Made by a program: the position numbers and the translations under genes. 64,000 bases of DNA from Auanema rhodensis. Taxonomy: Eukaryota; Animalia; Nematoda. A model generated the notes under the pieces. That model did no database searches, was not told where the DNA came from, and worked only from the letters and a program-made list of their open reading frames with translations. Shown here piece by piece: positions 53,714-64,000 of this stretch. Each line of letters begins with the position of its first letter. Within the stretch, counting starts at the first letter, position 1. Location of the stretch: assembly GCA_964057225.1 (NCBI GenBank), contig OZ059897.1, positions 19,840,001 to 19,904,000 of the forward strand, written 5' to 3'.

Positions 53714-56700
53714 CTTAAAAATCCGCATCGAATGCACTATACTACATTGAGAAACGCTTAATACAAAAATTAGTTATGATCGTTTGAAAAATGATGCATT
53801 AGTGTATGTTGAGTTTCCATGTACACTCAACATTGCTTCCAAAAACATTTTGACAAAAATTTTTTCGAAAAATTTCAAAATAATTTAGCAAAAAGTAGAT
53901 GTTTTTAGATTCCTTTTTTCAAGGCAAAGACGATGGACAATGTTATTTAACGAAAAAATTAATTCTTCAGGGTGAAAATCGAGGATATAAGTGTAAACTT
54001 ATATCAGTTGATATCTCGGTGCATTTTTAAGCTAGCGCAAATCTGATAACACAGATCGACGCAGCTTAAAAATCCGCATCGAATGCACTATACTACATTG
54101 AGAAACGCTTAATACAAAAATTAGTTATGATCGTTTGAAAAATGATGCATTAGTGTATGTTGAGTTTCCATGTACACTCAACATTGCTTCCAAAAACATT
54201 TTGACAAAAATTTTTTCGAAAAATTTCAAAATAATTTAGCAAAAAGTAGATGTTTTTAGATTCCTTTTTTCAAGGCAAAGACGATGGACAATGTTATTCA
54301 ACGAAAAAATTAATTCTTCAGGGTGAAAATCGAGGATATAAGTGTGAACTTATAACAGTTGATATCTCGGTACATTTTTAAGCTAGCGCAAATCTGATAA
54401 CACAGATCGACGCAGCTTAAAAATCCGCATCGAATGCACTATACTACATTGAGAAACGCTTAATACAAAAATTAGTTATGATCGTTTGAAAAATGATGCA
54501 TTAGTGTATGTTGAGTTTCCATGTACACTCAACATTGCTTCCAAAAACATTTTGACAAAAATTTTTTCGAAAAATTTCAAAATAATTTAGCAAAAAGTAG
54601 ATGTTTTTAGATTCCTTTTTTCAAGGCAAAGACGATGGACAATGTTATTCAACGAAAAAATTAATTCTTCAGGGTGAAAATCGAGGATATAAGTGTGAAC
54701 TTATATCAGTTGATATCTCGGTACATTTTTAAGCTAGCGCAAATCTGATAACACAGATCGACGCAGCTTAAAAATCCGCATCGAATGCACTATACTACAT
54801 TGAGAAACGCTTAATACAAAAATTAGTTATGATCGTTTGAAAAATGATGCATTAGTGTATGTTGAGTTTCCATGTACACTCAACATTGCTTCCAAAAACA
54901 TTTTGACAAAAATTTTTTCGAAAAATTTCAAAATAATTTAGCAAAAAGTAGATGTTTTTAGATTCCTTTTTTCAAGGCAAAGACGATGGACAATGTTATT
55001 CAACGAAAAAATTAATTCTTCAGGGTGAAAATCGAGGATATAAGTGTGAACTTATAACAGTTGATATCTCGGTACATTTTTAAGCTAACGCAAATCTGAT
55101 AACACAGATCGACGCAGCTTAAAAATCCGCATCGAATGCACTATACTACATTGAGAAACGCTTAATACAAAAAATAGTTATGATCGTTTGAAAAATGATG
55201 CATTAGTGTATGTTGAGTTTCCATGTACACTCAACATTGCTTCCAAAAACATTTTGACAAAAATTTTTTCGAAAAATTTCAAAATAATTTAGCAAAAAGT
55301 AGATGTTTTTAGATTCCTTTTTTCAAGGCAAAGACGATGGACAATGTTATTTAACGAAAAAATTAATTCTTCAGGGTGAAAATCGAGGATATAAGTGTAA
55401 ACTTATATCAGTTGATATCTCGGTGCATTTTTAAGCTAGCGCAAATCTGATAACACAGATCGACGCAGCTTAAAAATCCGCATCGAATGCACTATACTAC
55501 ATTGAGAAACGCTCAATACAAAAATTAGTTATGATCGTTTGAAAAATGATGCATTAGTGTATGTTGAGTTTCCATGTACACTCAACATTGCTTCCAAAAA
55601 CATTTTGACAAAAATTTTTTCGAAAAATTTCAAAATAATTTAGCAAAAAGTAGATGTTTTTAGATTCCTTTTTTCAAGGCAAAGACGATGGACAATGTTA
55701 TTCAACGAAAAAATTAATTCTTCAGGGTGAAAATCGAGGATATAAGTGTGAACTTATAACAGTTGATATCTCGGTACATTTTTAAGCTAGCGCAAATCTG
55801 ATAACACAGATCGACGCAGCTTAAAAATCCGCATCGAATGCACTATACTACATTGAGAAACGCTTAATACAAAAATTAGTTATGATCGTTTGAAAAATGA
55901 TGCATTAGTGTATGTTGAGTTTCCATGTACACTCAACATTGCTTCCAAAAACATTTTGACAAAAATTTTTTCGAAAAATTTCAAAATAATTTAGCAAAAA
56001 GTAGATGTTTTTAGATTCCTTTTTTCAAGGCAAAGACGATGGACAATGTTATTCAACGAAAAAATTAATTCTTCAGGGTGAAAATCGAGGATATAAGTGT
56101 GAACTTATATCAGTTGATATCTCGGTACATTTTTAAGCTAGCGCAAATCTGATAACACAGATCGACGCAGCTTAAAAATCCGCATCGAATGCACTATACT
56201 ACATTGAGAAACGCTTAATACAAAAATTAGTTATGATCGTTTGAAAAATGATGCATTAGTGTATGTTGAGTTTCCATGTACACTCAACATTGCTTCCAAA
56301 AACATTTTGACAAAAATTTTTTCGAAAAATTTCAAAATAATTTAGCAAAAAGTAGATGTTTTTAGATTCCTTTTTTCAAGGCAAAGACGATGGACAATGT
56401 TATTCAACGAAAAAATTAATTCTTCAGGGTGAAAATCGAGGATATAAGTGTGAACTTATAACAGTTGATATCTCGGTACATTTTTAAGCTAACGCAAATC
56501 TGATAACACAGATCGACGCAGCTTAAAAATCCGCATCGAATGCACTATACTACATTGAGAAACGCTTAATACAAAAAATAGTTATGATCGTTTGAAAAAT
56601 GATGCATTAGTGTATGTTGAGTTTCCATGTACACTCAACATTGCTTCCAAAAACATTTTGACAAAAATTTTTTCGAAAAATTTCAAAATAATTTAGCAAA

Positions 56701-57925
56701 AAGTAGATGTTTTTAGATTCCTTTTTTCAAGGCAAAGACGATGGACAATGTTATTTAACGAAAAAATTAATTCTTCAGGGTGAAAATCGAGGATATAAGT
56801 GTAAACTTATATCAGTTGATATCTCGGTGCATTTTTAAGCTAGCGCAAATCTGATAACACAGATCGACGCAGCTTAAAAATCCGCATCGAATGCACTATA
56901 CTACATTGAAAAACGCTCAATACAAAAATTAGTTATGATCGTTTGAAAAATGATGCATTAGTGTATGTTGAGTTTCCATGTACACTCAACATTGCTTCCA
57001 AAAACATTTTGACAAAAATTTTTTCGAAAAATTTCAAAATAATTTAGCAAAAAGTAGATGTTTTTAGATTCCTTTTTTCAAGGCAAAGACGATGGACAAT
57101 GTTATTCAACGAAAAAATTAATTCTTCAGGGTGAAAATCGAGGATATAAGTGTGAACTTATAACAGTTGATATCTCGGTACATTTTTAAGCTAGCGCAAA
57201 TCTGATAACACAGATCGACGCAGCTTAAAAATCCGCATCGAATGCACTATACTACATTGAGAAACGCTTAATACAAAAATTAGTTATGATCGTTTGAAAA
57301 ATGATGCATTAGTGTATGTTGAGTTTCCATGTACACTCAACATTGCTTCCAAAAACATTTTGACAAAAATTTTTTCGAAAAATTTCAAAATAATTTAGCA
57401 AAAAGTAGATGTTTTTAGATTCCTTTTTTCAAGGCAAAGACGATGGACAATGTTATTCAACGAAAAAATTAATTCTTCAGGGTGAAAATCGAGGATATAA
57501 GTGTGAACTTATATCAGTTGATATCTCGGTACATTTTTAAGCTAGCGCAAATCTGATAACACAGATCGACGCAGCTTAAAAATCCGCATCGAATGCACTA
57601 TACTACATTGAGAAACGCTTAATACAAAAATTAGTTATGATCGTTTGAAAAATGATGCATTAGTGTATGTTGAGTTTCCATGTACACTCAACATTGCTTC
57701 CAAAAACATTTTGACAAAAATTTTTTCGAAAAATTTCAAAATAATTTAGCAAAAAGTAGATGTTTTTAGATTCCTTTTTTCAAGGCAAAGACGATGGACA
57801 ATGTTATTCAACGAAAAAATTAATTCTTCAGGGTGAAAATCGAGGATATAAGTGTGAACTTATAACAGTTGATATCTCGGTACATTTTTAAGCTAACGCA
57901 AATCTGATAACACAGATCGACGCAG
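53714..57925. repeat. Three copies of a 4-mer HOR (1404 bp)
   Basis: The AAAAAATAG marker lies at 55175, 56579 and 57983, each directly after a GGTAC+GCTAAC monomer. Units start at 53714, 55118 and 56522. Confidence 0.85.
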
Positions 57926-60900
57926 CTTAAAAATCCGCATCGAATGCACTATACTACATTGAGAAACGCTTAATACAAAAAATAGTTATGATCGTTTGAA
58001 AAATGATGCATTAGTGTATGTTGAGTTTCCATGTACACTCAACATTGCTTCCAAAAACATTTTGACAAAAATTTTTTCGAAAAATTTCAAAATAATTTAG
58101 CAAAAAGTAGATGTTTTTAGATTCCTTTTTTTAAGGCAAAGACGATGGACAATGTTATTCAACGAAAAAATTGATTCTTCAGGGTGAAAATCGAGGATAT
58201 AAGTGTAAACTTATATCAGTTGATATCTCGGTGCATTTTTAAGCTAGCGCAAATCTGATAACACAGATCGACGCAGCTTAAAAATCCGCATCGAATGCAC
58301 TATACTACATTGAGAAACGCTTAATACAAAAATTAGTTATGATCGTTTGAAAAATGATGCATTAGTGTATGTTGAGTTTCCATGTACACTCAACATTGCT
58401 TCCAAAAACATTTTGACAAAAATTTTTTCGAAAAATTTCAAAATAATTTAGCAAAAAGTAGATGTTTTTAAATTCCTTTTTTCAAGGCAAAGACGATGGA
58501 CAATGTTATTCAACGAAAAAATTAATTCTTCAGGGTGAAAATCGAGGATATAAGTGTGAACTTATAACAGTTGATATCTCGGTACATTTTTAAGCTAGCG
58601 CAAATCTGATAACACAGATCGACGCAGCTTAAAAATCCGCATCGAATGCACTATACTACATTGAGAAACGCTTAATACAAAAATTAGTTATGATCGTTTG
58701 AAAAATGATGCATTAGTGTATGTTGAGTTTCCATGTACACTCAACATTGCTTCCAAAAACATTTTGACAAAAATTTTTTCGAAAAATTTCAAAATAATTT
58801 AGCAAAAAGTAGATGTTTTTAAATTCCTTTTTTCAAGGCAAAGACGATGGACAATGTTATTCAACGAAAAAATTAATTCTTCAGGGTGAAAATCGAGGAT
58901 ATAAGTGTGAACTTATAACAGTTGATATCTCGGTACATTTTTAAGCTAGCGCAAATCTGATAACACAGATCGACGCAGCTTAAAAATCCGCATCGAATGC
59001 ACTATACTATATTGAGAAACGCTTAATACAAAAATTAGTTATGATCGTTTGAAAAATGATGCATTAGTGTATGTTGAGTTTCCATGTACACTCAACATTG
59101 CTTCCAAAAACATTTTGACAAAAATTTTTTCGAAAAATTTCAAAATAATTTAGCAAAAAGTAGATGTTTTTAGATTCCTTTTTTCAAGGCAAAGACGATG
59201 GACAATGTTATTCAACGAAAAAATTAATTCTTCAGGGTGAAAATCGAGGATATAAGTGTGAACTTATATCAGTTGATATCTCGGTACATTTTTAAGCTAG
59301 CGCAAATCTGATAACACAGATCGACGCAGCTTAAAAATCCGCATCGAATGCACTATACTACATTGAGAAACGCTTAATACAAAAATTAGTTATGATCGTT
59401 TGAAAAATGATGCATTAGTGTATGTTGAGTTTCCATGTACACTCAACATTGCTTCCAAAAACATTTTGACAAAAATTTTTTCGAAAAATTTCAAAATAAT
59501 TTAGCAAAAAGTAGATGTTTTTAGATTCCTTTTTTCAAGGCAAAGACGATGGACAATGTTATTCAACGAAAAAATTAATTCTTCAGGGTGAAAATCGAGG
59601 ATATAAGTGTGAACTTATATCAGTTGATATCTCGGTACATTTTTAAGCTAGCGCAAATCTGATAACACAGATCGACGCAGCTTAAAAATCCGCATCGAAT
59701 GCACTATACTACATGGAAGAACGCTTAATACAAAAATTAGTTATGATCGTTTGAAAAATGATGCATTAGTGTATGTTGAGTTTCCATGTACACTCAACAT
59801 TGCTTCCAAAAACATTTTGACAAAAATTTTTTCGAAAAATTTCAAAATAATTTAGCAAAAAGTAGATGTTTTTAGATTCCTTTTTTCAAGGCAAAGACGA
59901 TGGACAATGTTATTCAACGAAAAAATTATTTCTTCAGGGTGAAAATCGAGGATATAAGTGTGAACTTATATCAGTTGATATATCGGTGCATTTTTAAGCT
60001 AGCGCAAATCTGATAACACAGATCGACGCAGCTTAAAAATCCGCATCGAATGCACTATACTACATTGAGAAACGCTTAATACAAAAATTAGTTATGATCG
60101 TTTGAAAAATGATGCATTAGTGTATGTTGAGTTTCCATGTACACTCAACATTGCTTCCAAAAACATTTTGACAAAAATTTTTTCGAAAAATTTCAAAATA
60201 ATTTAGCAAAAAGTAGATGTTTTTAGATTCCTTTTTTCAAGGCAAAAACGATGGACGATGTTATTCAACGAAAAAATTAATTCTTCAGGGTGAAAATCGA
60301 GGATATAAGTGTAAACTTATATCAGTTGATATCTCGGTGCATTTTTAAGCTAGCGCAAATCTGATAACACAGATCGACGCAGCTTAAAAATCCGCATCGA
60401 ATGCACTATACTACATTGAGAAACGCTTAGTACAAAAATTAGTTATGATCGTTTGAAAAATGATGCATTAGTGTATGTTGAGTTTCCATGTACACTCAAC
60501 ATTGCTTCCAAAAACATTTTGACAAAAATTTTTTCGAAAAATTTCAAAATAATTTAGCAAAAAGTAGATGTTTTTAGATTCCTTTTTTCAAGGCAAAGAC
60601 GATGGACAATGTTATTCAACGAAAAAATTAATTCTTCAGGGTGAAAATCGAGGATATAAGTGTGAACTTATAACAGTTGATATCTCGGTACATTTTTAAG
60701 CTAGCGCAAATCTGATAACACAGATCGACGCAGCTTAAAAATCCGCATCGAATGCACTATACTACATTGAGAAACGCTTAATACAAAAATTAGTTATGAT
60801 CGTTTGAAAAATGATGCATTAGTGTATGTTGAGTTTCCATGTACACTCAACATTGCTTCCAAAAACATTTTGACAAAAATTTTTTCGAAAAATTTCGAAA

Positions 60901-63900
60901 TAATTTAGCAAAAAGTAGATGTTTTTAGATTCCTTTTTTCAAGGCAAAGACGATGGACAATGTTATTCAACGAAAAAATTAATTCTTCAGGGTGAAAATC
61001 GAGGATATAAGTGTGAACTTATAACAGTTGATATCTCGGTACATTTTTAAGCTAGCGCAAATCTAATAACACAGATCGACGCAGCTTAAAAATCCGCATC
61101 GAATGCACTATACTACATTGAAAAACGCTTAATACAAAAATTAGTTATGATCGTTTGAAAAATGATGCATTAGTGTATGTTGAGTTTCCATGTACACTCA
61201 ACATTGCTTCCAAAAACATTTTGACAAAAATTTTTTCGAAAAATTTCAAAATAATTTAGCAAAAAGTAGATGTTTTTAGATTCCTTTTTTCAAGGCAAAC
61301 ACGATGGACAATGTTATTTAACGAAAAAATTAATTCTTCAGGGTGAAAATCGAGGATATAAGTGTAAACTTATATCAGTTGATATCTCGGTGCATTTTTA
61401 AGCTAGCGCAAATCTGATAACACAGATCGACGCAGCTTAAAAATCCGCATCGAATGCACTATACTACATTGAGAAACGCTTAATACAAAAATTAGTTATG
61501 ATCGTTTGAAAAATGATGCATTAGTGTATGTTGAGTTTCCATGTACACTCAACATTGCTTCCAAAAACATTTTGACAAAAATTTTTTCGAAAAATTTCAA
61601 AATAATTTAGCAAAAAGTAGATGTTTTTAGATTCCTTTTTTCAAGGCAAAGACGATGGACAATGTTATTCAACGAAAAAATTAATTCTTCAGGGTGAAAA
61701 TCGAGGATATAAGTGTGAACTTATAACAGTTGATATCTCGGTACATTTTTAAGCTAGCGCAAATCTGATAACACAGATCGACGCATTAAAAATCCGCATC
61801 GAATGCACTATACTACATTGAGAAACGCTTAATACAAAAATTAGTTATGATCGTTTGAAAAATGATGCATTAGTGTATGTTGAGTTTCCATGTACACTCA
61901 ACATTGCTTCCAAAAACATTTTGACAAAAATTTTTTCGAAAAATTTCAAAATAATTTAGCAAAAAGTAGATGTTTTTAGATTCCTTTTTTCAAGGCAAAG
62001 ACGATGGACAATGTTATTCAACGAAAAAATTGATTCTTCAGGGTGAAAATCGAGGATATAAGTGTAAACTTATATCAGTTGATATCTCGGTGCATTTTTA
62101 AGCTAGCGCAAATCTGATAACACAGATCGACGCAGCTTAAAAATCCGCATCGAATGCACTATACTACATTGAGAAACGCTTAATACAAAAATTAGTTATG
62201 ATCGTTTGAAAAATGATGCATTAGTGTATGTTGAGTTTCCATGTACACTCAACATTGCTTCCAAAAACATTTTGACAAAAATTTTTTCGAAAAATTTCAA
62301 AATAATTTAGCAAAAAGTAGATGTTTTTAGATTCCTTTTTTCAAGGCAAAGACGATGGACAATGTTATTCAACGAAAAAATTAATTCTTCAGGGTGAAAA
62401 TCGAGGATATAAGTGTGAACTTATAACAGTTGATATCTCGGTACATTTTTAAGCTAGCGCAAATCTGATAACACAGATCGACGCATTAAAAATCCGCATC
62501 GAATGCACTATACTACATTGAGAAACGCTTAATACAAAAATTAGTTATGATCGTTTGAAAAATGATGCATTAGTGTATGTTGAGTTTCCATGTACACTCA
62601 ACATTGCTTCCAAAAACATTTTGACAAAAATTTTTTCGAAAAATTTCAAAATAATTTAGCAAAAAGTAGATGTTTTTAGATTCCTTTTTTCAAGGCAAAG
62701 ACGATGGACAATGTTATTCAACGAAAAAAATGATTCTTCAGGGTGAAAATCGAGGATATAAGTGTAAACTTATATCAGTTGATATCTCGGTGCATTTTTA
62801 AGCTAGCGCAAATCTGATAACACAGATCGACGCAGCTTAAAAATCCGCATCGAATGCACTATACTACATTGAGAAACGCTTAATACAAAAATTAGTTATG
62901 ATCGTTTGAAAAATGATGCATTAGTGTATGTTGAGTTTCCATGTACACTCAACATTGCTTCCAAAAACATTTTGACAAAAATTTTTTCGAAAAATTTCAA
63001 AATAATTTAGCAAAAAGTAGATGTTTTTAGATTGCTTTTTTCAAGGCAAAGACGATGGACAATGTTATTCAACGAAAAAATTAATTCTTCAGGGTGAAAA
63101 TCGAGGATATAAGTGTGAACTTATAACAGTTGATATCTCGGTACATTTTTAAGCTAGCGCAAATCTGATAACACAGATCGACGCAGCTTAAAAATCCGCA
63201 TCGAATGCACTATACTACATTGAGAAACGCTTAATACAAAAATTAGTTATGATCGTTTGAAAAATGATGCATTAGTGTATGTTGAGTTTCCATGTACACT
63301 CAACATTGCTTCCAAAAACATTTTGACAAAAATTTTTTCGAAAAATTTCAAAATAATTTAGCAAAAAGTAGATGTTTTTAGATTCCTTTTTTCAAGGCAA
63401 AGACGATGGACAATGTTATTTAACGAAAAAATTAATTCTTCAGGGTGAAAATCGAGGATATAAGTGTAAACTTATATCAGTTGATATCTCGGTGCATTTT
63501 TAAGCTAGCGCAAATCTGATAACACAGATCGACGCAGCTTAAAAATCCGCATCGAATGCACTTTACTACATTGAGAAACGCTTAATACAAAAATTAGTTA
63601 TGATCGTTTGAAAAATGATGCATTAGTGTATGTTGAGTTTCCATGTACACTCAACATTGCTTCCAAAAACATTTTGACAAAAATTTTTTCGAAAAATTTC
63701 AAAATAATTTAGCAAAAAGTAGAAGTTTTTAGATTCCTTTTTTCAAGGCAAAGACGATGGACGATGTTATTCAACGAAAAAATTAATTCTTCAGGGTGAA
63801 AATCGAGGATATAAGTGTAAACTTATATCAGTTGATATCTCGGTGCATTTTTAAGCTAGCGCAAATCTGATAACACAGATCGACGCAGCTTAAAAATCCG

Positions 63901-64000
63901 CATCGAATGCACTATACTACATTGAGAAACGCTTAGTACAAAAATTAGTTATGATCGTTTGAAAAATGATGCATTAGTGTATGTTGAGTTTCCATGTACA

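Larger units (their letters stand above)
1..64000. repeat. Tandem satellite DNA array, ~351-bp monomer, 182 full copies plus a partial, head-to-tail
   Basis: The anchor CTTAAAAATCCGCATCGAATGCAC recurs at 1, 352, 1054 ... 63889. 63888 = 182x351+6, so net indel drift is only +6 bp. Monomers differ by a few SNPs or 1-2 bp indels. The array runs off both window ends. Confidence 0.99.
44235..64000. repeat. Variant domain IV: GATTCCTTTTTTC-type monomers with short 2-/3-/4-mer local HORs
   Basis: Markers GTTATTTAAC, GTGTAAAC, GCTAACGC, GGTACAT (from 50862) and TATAACAG (from ~54355) dominate. The ORF track has no entries here. Confidence 0.8.

Noticed and set aside
1-64000. CRISPR array or other repeat-spacer system
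   Set aside because: There are no unique spacers. The whole 351-bp unit is repeated at high identity, and no cas or other genes are present.

Overview
The whole 64 kb is one uninterrupted head-to-tail satellite DNA array. It holds 182 complete monomers of about 351 bp plus a 112-bp partial, is about 31% GC by hand count of monomer 1, and is all in one orientation. I see no unique sequence, transposon insertion, gene, RNA gene or CRISPR array. The 63-aa and 75-aa ORFs in the track are by-products of monomer SNPs that remove stop codons. The organism cannot be determined; an AT-rich, non-CpG-depleted 351-bp satellite suggests invertebrate (possibly insect) heterochromatin or centromere, which is inference only. 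The window's information lies at two levels. (1) The monomer is densely packed with dyad symmetries: a long hairpin across the monomer junction, a 9-bp stem whose variants fall only in its loop, and a 9-bp stem capped by GTGA/GTAA (GNRA-type) loops. (2) SNP haplotypes reveal a layered expansion history: four variant domains, nested 2- to 10-mer higher-order repeats, a length-compensated 352+351+350 trimer, a 7-kb block recopied about 10.2 kb away, and a near-perfect 7,725-bp (22-mer) tandem duplication. I found no evidence for a new protein-coding system. All variant calls were made by eye and need confirmation by alignment.
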